A DNA stretch of 60,929 nt, the filler included, from Basidiobolus meristosporus CBS 931.73 (Eukaryota; Fungi; Basidiobolomycota), in the NCBI GenBank assembly GCA_002104905.1. It is 4 parts of 4 records of this genome, joined end to end, with 100 filler letters (N's around TTAATTAATTAA, not from the genome) between each part and the next. Parts side by side here need not be neighbours in the genome. Positions count along the whole stretch, not along the records: positions 10,147 to 24,932 come from MCFE01001168.1; 3 more parts are not named here. One strand, 5' to 3'. Numbering within the stretch: the stretch's first letter is position 1; each line of letters opens with the position of its first letter. Shown piece after piece: positions 11,588 to 22,321 of the stretch. The notes beneath the pieces are model-generated. The model searched no databases, was not told where the DNA came from, and worked only from the letters and a program-made list of their open reading frames with translations. Position numbers and translations under genes: made by a program.

Positions 11588-12530
11588 TTCGAGAAGACTA
11601 GGGGTGGAAGTGGAATATAGAGTAAGAAGTCAAGCAGGAGCTTAGGAAGGTGGTGGTACTTGTATTTAGGCTAAGGGAATGCCGAGCTAGAATCTTGAGC
11701 AACCAGGAATCAAGACCCATATGTAATTGGCCGTATCAATAAATAGGGAAAGAATTTAACTACAGTATCCTTATGTGAGTAGTGGGGCGAAATATCTGCG
11801 AATCACATAATTGAATTTCATCCACCTTGACAAACTTTAATATTCAACTTGATTCATATACATTGTAGATGTATATATTCTTATTATTTATCGTAAACTC
11901 CCCTCTGGATACTTGACATGCCCAAATACAGAATGGAATTTCTCCAAATACCTACTGTGACCAATCGACTGTATAGTCACATGATACATGGTCATGTGAT
12001 ATAGCCCACTAGGTAGATATCGGGGAGAGTCAATATAGTTTAATTGGAATAACTCGATTTGTAATTTAGCCACATCCTCAACATTCTAAAAATTCCCTAG
12101 AAATCTACATTGAGTTTGAACGCTCTGTGGTATGCAAATGATGATCTTGGGAACAATATAATTAAGGACTTGTGTAGACCCAAGCCAATCACGCAGTTTA
12201 GTGTCACCATGAAGGCCAGATTGAGATGAATTTAAGCTTCTTTGTGTTTCTTGAAATTCGTTGGCAATCCATTTCCCAAGGAGCGCGAGTGAGTGAAGGT
12301 GGCTGGGATGTCACATTCTCGTGGGTCCATCACTTTTGGTTGTGGCAATGATTTATACACCATACCTTAGCATGACTGATCATGTTCGTGCATAAAGTTA
12401 GCCGAAGTTAACCATTTTGCATTGCAGTGCGATTTTGCATAGCAATGCGTTGTTTTATTTCGGCCCATTTTAATTTCCATCAAGTTGCCTCATCGACCTC
12501 ATTGTAACTCATAATCACTATTAAGAAACA

Positions 12531-13374
12531 ATGGCTTTAAAGAGAATTCAGAAGGTGAGCCTGCGGTCCAGATTAGAAGACATCACATACCGATTGTCCC
12601 TCCCTTAGTCGCTCTATTGATCGGAGCAGACCAGGTTGGATGATCACTATATGCCACTCTAACGTTAACGAAATTATGGTTCTAGGAACTTATAGAACTA
12701 AACCAGCTTCCACTCAACAACGTTAGCGCCTCTCCAGTAGAAGATGATAACTTGTTATTGTGGCAGGGTAATTTGATAAAAGAGTCGAATCTATTAGGGT
12801 ACTTTACTAAGATACTTCTCCCATCCTGATAGGAACTATTACCGGCTCAGTACGTTTTTACTACAGACCTGTCGTCTTTAGGTGCTAATTGGCTGATACA
12901 CTCTTTACTCCCTAGCCCCTAACCCCATACAAAGGAGGTCACTTCAAATTTGAGATTCTCTTCCCCATAGATTACCCCTTCAAAGCACCCAAGGTAAGCA
13001 AAGCATCGACCATTGCATATTGGTGTGTACATCGATACTGACCATCGGTTGTAGGTGAAGTTCCTTACCAAAATATATCATCCGAACATTGACTCCGATG
13101 AAGGCTCTATCTGTATGCCTCTGTTGAAAACCGAGGTTTGGAAACCGTCCATTAAAATTCACGCAGGTAACCTAGCCACCCATTTATTTCGCTTTCACAG
13201 TGCTTTCACTAACTGCTCACTGTTTAACCCCAAGTTCTTAACGCATTGGCTGACCTTTTGGACAACCCTAACCCTGATGATGCAATCGTTGGTTCTATCG
13301 CCGAGGTTTATAATACTGACCAACCAAGGTTCATCAAAACGGCCAAGGAATGGACCAAAAAATATGCCTCCTAA
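12531..13374 (+). CDS. Ubiquitin-conjugating enzyme E2 (Ubc4/5- or UbcH7-like), about 6 exons
   Basis: MALKRIQK|EL...WQG...PYKGGHFKFEILFPIDYPFKAPK|VKFLTKIYHPNIDSDEGSICMPLL...NPNPDDAIV...AKEWTKKYAS*. Confidence 0.92.
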
Positions 13375-13475
13375 CTTGCACCCCCTCCCACAATGACAAC
13401 AGTAAATTTCCTGTGGCACTTGTATTATCAGATATCATATTATTGTGTTGTCAGATCACGCTGTTCAAACGAGAT

Positions 13476-14107
13476 TTAATAAAATACTACATCTTCTGGA
13501 CGGACCGGGTGCTTGAGCGGGATGACGCTTTCTTTTTTGACATCTCGTGCGAGCGCTTTTCGCATATCTAGGGTTGAGGAGTTGGTTAGTGAAAACTAGG
13601 CGGCGATATTCTGGAGCAACTGTCAGGGCAGTGACGTGCCCGTGCCATTCTTTATTACGCCCTTCGGTTTTACCCATGACTGAAGGCGGGGGAAGGCTCG
13701 TTAGAAACTCTACCACATCGTTAGCACATTGTAGACTGGTGACTCAACTGTATCCCATGAGGGTTTTGTTTGGCGATTCGGTAACGTAGAAGATATCGGG
13801 CCAACGGGCTAAATAGCTCAGGTAGAAAGAGATGTTATACTAAGAAAAGTTGCGTTAGCAATCCTTTCGGTTCGTTGGTTTAATCAGAGAGGGGGGGGGT
13901 GAATGGCTAGATCGGCCGTTTTTTCTTCAAACTGTGGCTAGAGAATAAAGGCTCACCGTCTCTGTCAAAACATCCAAGTTGCTGGTGGAATAGAGGGGTT
14001 TAATCGCAAGAACGAGAAAGTCGTATCCAACCAACATGAACATACGGGACTTACATATTGTTAAATTTGAAAAGATCTCCGGTGGTGAAGCGACGAATGC
14101 TGGTCAT
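13476..14107 (-). pseudogene. NAT3: NatB catalytic subunit (NAT3/NAA20) with an internal deletion of the GNAT core after RRL
   Basis: MTSIRRFTTGDLFKFNN|INLDVLTET|YNISFYLSYLARWPD...|MGKTEG...HGHVTALTVAPEYRRL is followed by a 28-nt intron tail and then DMRKALARDVKKESVIPLKHPVRPEDV. The GLA...VDLFVR...GY segment is absent. Confidence 0.8.
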
Positions 14108-14321
14108 TGTGGTGAGAGACTTACTGCTGGTAAGAAGAAAAGCCAACAATCAACAAACAGCGATATAGAGTCGACCGAGGTTCAACAAATTTTATCAGAT
14201 ATCTAGATCTTTGGTTGATTTTCCACACGATGAATCAGTTGGTTCAAGTACGATTTATTGGAATAATGCAGGTTTGGTTTGTACTGGTATGAATGTGGCT
14301 TATGGTTTGTATTAATGCAGC

Positions 14322-15710
14322 TTAAGCCTTGAAGTAGTTGGCGGGAACAAATGGCATCTTGACAACTTGTGCCTTTTGGATTCTGTTTCTAACCTTGACG
14401 GACAACTCGGTGCCGGCCTTGTGGTAGCCGTTCTTGACGTAGGCCATGGCGATGTTCTTCTTCAAGGATGGGGATGGGACTCCGCTGGTAACCTCACCGA
14501 TCTTCTCACCCTCGGCATTCAAGATCTCGCTGTGATCTCTGGCGGGGGCGCCTTGGACAACAAGACCAACTCTTCTTTGGGACACACCGCCCTTGATTTG
14601 TGGAAGGATGTGCTCAGCTCCCAAGAAACCGCCCTCTTCACGTCTGCGCTTGCCAATGGTCCAGGTAAGACCAGCCTCAACAGGGGTGATGTCCTCATTC
14701 AAATCGTTACCATAGAGGCAAAGACCAGCCTCCAAACGAAGGGAGTCACGGGCACCCAGACCGGCCAACTCAACGTCGGGGTCCTGAAGCAAGAGTTCGG
14801 TAATGGCGGTGATTTCGGGAGTGGGGATGGAGAGTTCGAAACCATCCTCACCGGTGTATCCGGAGCGGGCTACGTGGCATTCAATTCCCTTGATGCTGAG
14901 GAACTGTCCTGTCATGAAGTTTAAGGTTCTCAAGTCCTTGTCGGTAAGCTTTTGCAAAGCCTCGGCAGCCTTGGGGCCTTGGATGGCAATCAAGGAATGG
15001 TCATCAATGATGCTGAGCTCGGCATCACCACCCTTTTGTTGGAATTCTTGAAGGTGCTTGCGGATGTGTGCCAAGTCCTTATCAGCGCAACCAGCGTTGG
15101 AAACAATGTAAAGAGAATCCTTGTGTTGGGAAATGATGGTATCATCGATGATTCCTCCCTTCTCGTTGGTGAAAACGGAAAGGGTGCCGCTTCCCAATGG
15201 GAGGTTCTTGATGTCGCCGACGCAAAGCTTCTCGATGAAGTCATGTCTGTCTTTACCAGTCAATCTAGATCGGCCCAACGGTTAATGCTCTGTGTGTGTG
15301 CGTGGGAGGGGAGTATCATTTGCGCAACAAACCTGGTTTGTAACATATGGGAGACGTCGAAAATAGAGGCCTTCTCGCGAGTGTGGAGGTGGGACTGCAA
15401 GACACCGAGGGAAGCATACTTGACTGGCATAGAGTAACCGGCATAAGGGACCATTTGGGCACCATTTTGGAGATGCAAGTCGAACAAAGCGGTCTTCTTG
15501 AGCTCTGAAGCGGAACCTTGTTAGTTGTGATTCCATCTGTAATGCCAGACAAACAGCTTACCTTGGCTAGCGGCGGTCTCGGCTAAAATCAAGGGAAACT
15601 AGATTAGTCAACGAGCCCCTAATCATATAGTCGAAATATTTACCAGCGCTGGAGGCATAGCCACGGATGGCTGCTTGTTTGAAGGCACGTTGGGCAAAGT
15701 TCTTGAACAT
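14322..15710 (-). CDS. GCV1: Glycine cleavage system T protein (aminomethyltransferase), mitochondrial, intron-containing
   Basis: The N-terminus MFKNFAQRAFKQAAIRGY is presequence-like. KTALFDLH, FDVSHM, ARSGYTGEDGFE and GLGARDSLRLEAGLCLYGND are present. Confidence 0.97.
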
Positions 15711-15945
15711 CGTCACTAGTTACAGAAGCGGATGAAGCTGTGAGAGACAAGGAGGGGTGGAGGGGTGCTATTTGAATGGTAGCCAGACTTTTGACATGCA
15801 CCGAGATGATCCGATAACAACTCTTACTATTAGAGGAGTTGGTGTTTTAAAGATGAGTGGCTGACCTTAGATTATCTCTGTTCGACTACGTTTATTATCA
15901 AACCAACACCAATGATCATGGTGTGACCGATCCCACATATACATT

Positions 15946-16000
15946 TGCCATATAATAATTGCCCATATAATCGCCCATACAATCGCCATGCGATTCCCAT
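15946..16000 (+). repeat. About 4 imperfect copies of a 12-bp GCCCATATAATC motif in the GCV1/PEX4 divergent intergenic region
   Basis: TGCCATATAAT AATT GCCCATATAATC GCCCATACAATC GCCATGCGAT TCCCATC. Confidence 0.5.
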
Positions 16001-16264
16001 CAAAATGTTTCTTCACCTAACCGATTATCAGTGTAGCTGCATAGATGCTCGATGTATGATCTGAGTCCCACTCGAATGAGATGTCCAATAATAATCCTCA
16101 CGTATAGAGTAGATGGAACGTGACTGCAAGGTGTTTAGTCCTCTGGCTAAATGTATGCAACACTAGCTGGCAATCAGCACCCATTGAATTTCCTTAGTGC
16201 TCGATGCTAGAATAATTCATCTCTTACTTTTCCATCAACTACATACAAATAAGCTCACTTGCCT

Positions 16265-16933
16265 ATGGATCCCGTAACCCGTCGTCTGTTGAAAGAGTTG
16301 AATGAATTTCGTCGTCAGCCAATACCTGAGTTGAGGAGTTTAGAGCCTTTGACGGATGACGACCTGATGACTTGGAAAGCCACGCTAATTGGACAAAAGG
16401 AAACACTTTATGAAGGTTTATTTCGATTCACCTGCGCTCTGGCCACTCAGCAGCTAACACCTTTCGCTAACAGGAGGGGAATTCGACCTGTTGATTAACA
16501 TTCCCCCCAACTACCCAATCTACCCACCCAACATCAAATTTCTCACAAGGGTCTGCCACCCAAATGTTCACTTCAAAGTAAGGCAATCTGACTCTAGTTT
16601 CTCGTCCCCCGACTTGACGCTAACCTTGAGGCTTTCACCCTGATAGACAGGCGAGATCTGCCTAGACATCCTCAAAACAGCCTGGAGTCCAGCCTGGACA
16701 TTGCAGTCTACTTGCTTGGCTATTAGCGTGTTGCTCTCAAACCCCGAGCCTAGCAGCCCACTCAATTGTGATGCAGGTAAAGTACCGGTCACCTACTGAC
16801 ACCGATAAGTATTTTACTAAGTTGCCGTCGATACACCTCTACACTAGCGAATCTGCTGAGATGCGAGGATCAACTCGGTTACAATTCTCTGGTCAGGATG
16901 TACACCCAGCTGTATGCCATGAACGACAAATAG
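16265..16933 (+). CDS. PEX4: Peroxisomal E2 ubiquitin-conjugating enzyme (Pex4/Ubc10-like), 4 exons
   Basis: MDPVTRRLLKEL...|GGEFDLLINIPPNYPIYPP...CHPNVHFK|TGEICLDILKTAWSPAWTLQS...SPLNCDA|ANLLRCEDQLGYNSLVRMYT. Confidence 0.85.
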
Positions 16934-17187
16934 ACCTCTCGATAACACTTAGTGCATCTCAACCACCCAGGATATAAGCAAGCAGCAAACAACCTCAAGG
17001 AGAGACTGATTTATTAAGCATCAGAATTATAGTACATCGAAAGCTAGCTAAAAATAAGGAAGAATATTCTATATTGATTAAACCAACATTATATATACGG
17101 TGTGGTTCGGATTGACTACTAGAGTATATATGTATATATATATACGCGGACGTGTGCGCGGATTACTTGAATGTATGCTCATGCTAA

Positions 17188-18291
17188 TCATGCGCTTGTG
17201 ATCGTGTTCGATCCATATGGGGGTGGGTTGGCGGTAGCGTTAGAGTCGTTGATATCAATGCACGAGCAAGAGCTAGATTTGGAGCACGATCTAGGCTCGT
17301 ATTGGGGAAGGGCCTCGAAGAAATTGTCGGTAATTTCGGTGGTAACGTTGACGGGGAATCTCAGCCGAATGGATTTCATGCTGCCCCCTTGGGTGAAATT
17401 GATCATGACCTCTATTTTGTGCTTGATGTTGACGAACTCGTTTTTGCAGTCGTGGTGGATTTTGGGGTAGGTTGGTATCTTCAGCACCACCATCTTCTCG
17501 TTGGCCCTTCCAGAGTTGTCACCATGGGGTGTGAGGTCAACGGAGTGCTCTTCCATATTGGGTGAGCCGTGCTTCAATATGGGGGAGTCGACAAATTCGT
17601 ATATCTTGTAGCCCACATGCTTGATGTTTATGTCGGTCACCAGGGGTCGGAAGTTAAGAACGAGGGGCAGCTCCTCGCCCATCCCCACCACCTTGTGTGC
17701 CGCATACAGATCATACTCTAGGATGTCACTCCATGCGTCAGATACGTTGATTGGTGGCAACGGTTCGTTTAAGTTGGTCAGGGGGAACCGTTTCACCAGC
17801 ACTTCCTTTTCTGTGGTATGATTGGGGTGCAAGGACGTGGTCTCCGCGGTAGCGATTAGTTTGTACTTGACACTGATGTTGTTACAGTGCACGGTCTCGG
17901 GCCAAAAGCCATCGATTGGGAAGGCGAACTTGTAGTGGTGGCATTTGGCTGGTAGTGTGTACGCGTCTTTTGTCTCGAAGAACACAGTTTCGTCGTGGGC
18001 AAATTTGTGCTTGTCGTGAAGCTTAAGGCTGCCGTTTTTCAATGCTGAGAAAGTGAAGCTCAATCAGTACACTGGAAGGGAAGTGTGGAGTCTGTTTGGG
18101 GACTTACCAGCTGAGCCAGTGATAAGGCCGTACACCTCCAGTCGGATTGAAAGTGACTTCAACTTGACTGACCCTTTTGGATGCAGCTTGACAGCTCCAG
18201 ATAATGTAGTGCCAACGCATTCCTCGGGGCTTCCTCTTAGTAATATGCACTCTTGGTCTGTTTGAATTCCTAGTGATAGCTCATGCATCAT
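17188..18291 (-). CDS. Alpha-arrestin (arrestin N/C domains, C-terminal LPQY and PPPY motifs), 2 exons
   Basis: LSGAVKL, HYKFAFPIDGFWPETVH...ISVKYKLIA, IKHKIEV, LPQY and NPPPY. Confidence 0.88.
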
Positions 18292-18325
18292 ATGTGTGTG
18301 TGTATGTGTGTGTGTGTGTGTGTGA
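18292..18325 (+). repeat. (TG)n microsatellite abutting the arrestin start codon
   Basis: ATGTGTGTGTGTATGTGTGTGTGTGTGTGTGA. Confidence 0.9.
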
Positions 18326-19710
18326 CAGCTAGAACAGGGTTGTGATATTGGGACTTGGAAAAGAGAACTAACAACCAACTTGGAGAACCCTCGCTGATTT
18401 ATATGGAGATTTCCAGGTGAATGCTCACTGGTCGGATGATACCAACCCTTCTAAGTTTCTAAATGGAGCTCTCGGGATTTTACATATCCTTCGATTGTTC
18501 TCTTGATACCCGAAATCACCCTTAATCCAATAGATTAGGTAAAACATCCCTTCCTTTCCAACGATCTAAGCTTCGATAAAAGCTTATTTTTACCTGAATA
18601 TAAATAAATCATCAAACTAAACAAAACCTCAGGCCGGGTGAACCTTTAGCACCTCTACAGTTCTGCCTGACCTGTTTAGCCTAAACCTCATGCTCGTGAC
18701 CAATATTGGTCAAAGTTGACTAACCTTAGTCAACCGCAATCACTATCAAAGGTAAGAAGGGTAATCTACTAATCGTCGGATTGCTCAATACTGTCTGCTG
18801 TTCTAACCCTTTCATCCAACCGTTTAAGTAACCTCCGCTCATTTGACTATCCGGGATGGGAATTGTAATTCCAGATATTATTCCGGAACGTGTGTTGGAT
18901 GGTAAAGCCTTTGAAATCATGACGTTCATCTACTTCGCTCAGGTTGTACTGACCCCATCTATGAGAGCTTGCACGTGCTATTCCGGAAAATGAATCTACC
19001 GGTAACGCAATGCGGGTAGTATAGACCATCATTTTCGGCTTTCCGCACGCGCTGGCCGACGGAGCTCCAATCGTGGGAGATTTGTCGGCAAACGCCTTGT
19101 TGATCTACAGATCTAACGGTGCACAAAACGGTACAAAACGGTACCTGGATGCTGATTGTCACTCCCCCTCTTATATCCACTTGACATATATACAGCAAGT
19201 GCGATCTACCTTCACACATCGTTCTTGTGATTTTCACGAGGAATGTAACTATTGTGTAATGTAAAATCATCCACCCCCCAACAATCCCATACTCTCGTCA
19301 CTTCCCGAATATCACGTTGACATCCGCCCAACGGCAAGTCATGCTGACCTTTTTGGTTCGTAAGCTATGGACGGTGGATATGGGCTCCTTATCTTATCAG
19401 CTTCGCTTGCGGAATTCCATGCAGTGATGGCTTTTGCTATATCTCAAAGCCCAGTGTATATATGTATGTATCCATTGCTGACTGATTATCTTAATTTCAA
19501 AAATATCCGGGATTTTCAAAATCCCCTGTTTATTGAATAACATATGGATTGTATACATTTCCTGATCAGGTTGTGGTGGTTACGAAATTGTCGGACTATT
19601 GTTGGATTAGAAGAACGAACTCTGGGAACATCCAAAAAGAGTTAATAGGGAGATTTGGGCGGACTGAACTGTTGGTCAAGTGTGGTTAATCATAAAACCA
19701 TGGAGGTGAC

Positions 19711-21756
19711 TCAGATCTGATACATGGCATCAATGTGTTCCTTGTACCGGTCGGCAATGTCGCGACGCTTCAATTTCTGCGCTGCGGTGAGTAGGTTGTT
19801 CTCCGGTGTCCATTCCTCATCGACAATATGGATGGCATGGAGCAATTCAGCAGAGACGAAATCGTTTCTCTTGGCGATGGCAAGCAAATCATCGAGCACG
19901 GCCTTCTTGACCTCTGCATTCTGCGTCAGTTCAAGATGAGACATCGATTCGGACCCAGAGACATTTCTTTGCTTGGCTAATTTACGGAGCTTCTCCTCGG
20001 CGCACACCAAGATGGCGACTGGGCGGGCTTGGAAGGAGTTGGCGTACACGCAGATGTTGTCGGCATACGCCGAGGTCTTGTAGAGCGACTCAAGTTTTTC
20101 CAGAGCAATGTATTCACCATTGGACAGCTTGACCAGGTTCTTCTTACGATCAATGATACCAAGGGTACCATCGGGAAGCCATTCACCAATATCACCGGTC
20201 ATCAACCAGCCGTCCTCATTCAATATTTCTTTGGTAAGCTCTTCATTCTTGAAGTATCCCTTCATAACGGCAGGGCCACGAACCCACACCTCACCTTGAG
20301 GAGGGTTGTTGCTGCTGAGGTAGTTGGCCTCGGGAACATCCACAAGCTTGATTTCAGCGCAAGGCACAGGCGGGCCGTTGGACTTGAGGACCTTGACGTC
20401 GGGGTTCATGATGGCAGCCATGGCGGTTGCCTCAGTCATTCCGTACGCTTGGAGAACAGTACAAATACAGGTAGTAAGGAAAGCTTGTGTCTCAGGGGCA
20501 ATTGGTGCACCACCGGAGAGAGCGTAACGCAAACGGCCGCCGGTTGCTTTCTTGATCTTGTTGAAAACCACGGTATCCCAGATCCCAGAAGGAATACCCA
20601 CGTTCTTCAAGAAGTTCTTGTTACGGAATGCCAAATCAAACACAACACGAGCCAACTTTCCGGAGGTCTGCACCTGTGACATGACGCTTTTACGGATGGT
20701 TTCCCAAACGGCGGGTACACCACACATGATGGTTGGGCAAAGTTCACGCAGATCCCCCTTGCAGTTGCGGACCGAGGCATCAGTGAGAGTACGGGGGCTA
20801 CTGTATCCGATGGGCATACCCTTGAATACAATGTAATTCTCCACTGCGAATTCAAAGATATGTGCCAATGGAAGGTATGCGATAATCACGTCGCTATCTG
20901 CCTTAAGAATAGGGCCAATCCATTTATCAACCGCTGCAATAGAGGCGACTACGTTTGCGTGAGTAATCATAACTCCTTTAGGGTTTCCGGTAGATCCTGA
21001 AGTATACATGATGCAGGCCACATCGTCAGGTTGGGGAAGGTTTTTCTCGACGAGATTTTGCTCTCCTAGCTGACGCACCTCTTCGTAGGTGTGGATTCCG
21101 ATTTCTGGGAAATCTCTCTTGAAGGAGTCAATAAGTGTTGGGTTTGCTTCGTCGGTGTAAATAACATTCTTCAAAGTTGGGACTTGGTTAGCAATGCTTT
21201 GTGTGACTGGAAGAAGGTCGGCGTTGGTGAAGAGTGTTGTGATTTCACCCTCGTTCAAGGCGTGCTTAAGTCCCTCGGCACCCAAGGTTTCATAGGCGGT
21301 AACAATGGTCATGGATTGTGAGAAACAGGCTTGCGACATGATATACCAATCGGGAGAAGTTTTGTTGAAGATGGTGATTTTATCCCCAGCAGTCAAACCC
21401 AGCTTGAGAAGACCGCAGCCAATTTCTCTAGCAATGCGATCAACCTCCTCATAGGTGAACCAATTATAGGGACCAAGTTGGGAGTACTTCCATTTCTTTA
21501 CTTCTTTCTTCATTACCCCTCCGACGTTTTTGGTCACTTCCTTTTGCTCCTCGATGATCTTCTCAACCTTACGATATCCAAGAGCCTTCTTCTTACCACG
21601 GGTGCGGATCAGGTATGGAAGGAGGTCAGCTAGGGTTGTAATGTCCTCGCGAGGTCTGCTTAGGAGGGCATCTGGTGACAGATGGTTGCGGCGAGGCAAG
21701 GTCTCATTTTGAGGCTTTTCGGTGCCAACTTCGACGGAAAGCGACTTATTAACCAT
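19711..21756 (-). CDS. Long-chain fatty acyl-CoA synthetase (Faa1/Faa4/Lcf1 type), intronless, 681 aa
   Basis: AMP-binding YTSGSTGNPKG, AYLPLAHIFE, QAYGMTE, GWLMTGDIG and IIDRKKNLVKLSNGEYIALEKLE. Confidence 0.97.
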   Translation of the reverse strand: MVNKSLSVEVGTEKPQNETLPRRNHLSPDALLSRPREDITTLADLLPYLIRTRGKKKALGYRKVEKIIEEQKEVTKNVGGVMKKEVKKWKYSQLGPYNWFTYEEVDRIAREIGCGLLKLGLTAGDKITIFNKTSPDWYIMSQACFSQSMTIVTAYETLGAEGLKHALNEGEITTLFTNADLLPVTQSIANQVPTLKNVIYTDEANPTLIDSFKRDFPEIGIHTYEEVRQLGEQNLVEKNLPQPDDVACIMYTSGSTGNPKGVMITHANVVASIAAVDKWIGPILKADSDVIIAYLPLAHIFEFAVENYIVFKGMPIGYSSPRTLTDASVRNCKGDLRELCPTIMCGVPAVWETIRKSVMSQVQTSGKLARVVFDLAFRNKNFLKNVGIPSGIWDTVVFNKIKKATGGRLRYALSGGAPIAPETQAFLTTCICTVLQAYGMTEATAMAAIMNPDVKVLKSNGPPVPCAEIKLVDVPEANYLSSNNPPQGEVWVRGPAVMKGYFKNEELTKEILNEDGWLMTGDIGEWLPDGTLGIIDRKKNLVKLSNGEYIALEKLESLYKTSAYADNICVYANSFQARPVAILVCAEEKLRKLAKQRNVSGSESMSHLELTQNAEVKKAVLDDLLAIAKRNDFVSAELLHAIHIVDEEWTPENNLLTAAQKLKRRDIADRYKEHIDAMYQI

Positions 21757-22321
21757 ATTATAATTAAGAACCGGGAATTATATTAACAAGGATATACGAA
21801 ATGAGTGATGTCTGTGAATGAAAACACTAGAAGATTCGAATGTTCGATGGTCTTCAACCTAATGTGTGGAAAAGGAAAGCTGAGCTTAAAGTGTATGCGC
21901 ATCAACCAAGGGGGTCTATTATATAGTCGTGTCTCGATGGCATTGATTCACACACCAAAAATTTTGGGGGCCTACTCGAGCCACTTAGGGTTAGGAAAGA
22001 ATAACTATTAGCTGCCTGCCTACTATGTCAGTATTGCACTGGATCCAATTTAACGAGTGTTCGAAGGAAATTTCTTTTTTGGCTCATTTGAAACTCAAAT
22101 GCATCTCAATTAGACGGCATTATAGAGATACAAAATGTGAACAAGTAGATAAGAGATTTGAAATTAGGGGATTCCTGGGAGAATTATGGAGTTTTGCCGA
22201 ACATCCATTGGAGTCCGATTTCACGATTAGCCGGTTATATCAGCTAAAGCCCAAACGAAGGCCAAATTGCCCCAGTGGCAGTAGTTAATAACTCCATACC
22301 CTTAGTTACCTTGGGTGGTAT

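Noticed and set aside
11975-12000. TCACATGA-n7-TCATGTGA inverted repeat in the VMA10/E2 divergent intergenic region
   Set aside because: It is a single 8-bp inverted repeat. It is plausible as a bHLH-type site but cannot be supported from sequence alone.
14367-15437. Antisense ORFs over GCV1 (and likewise over VMA10, RPL3 and the acyl-CoA synthetase)
   Set aside because: These are shadow ORFs from biased codon usage of highly expressed genes, with no recognisable motifs.
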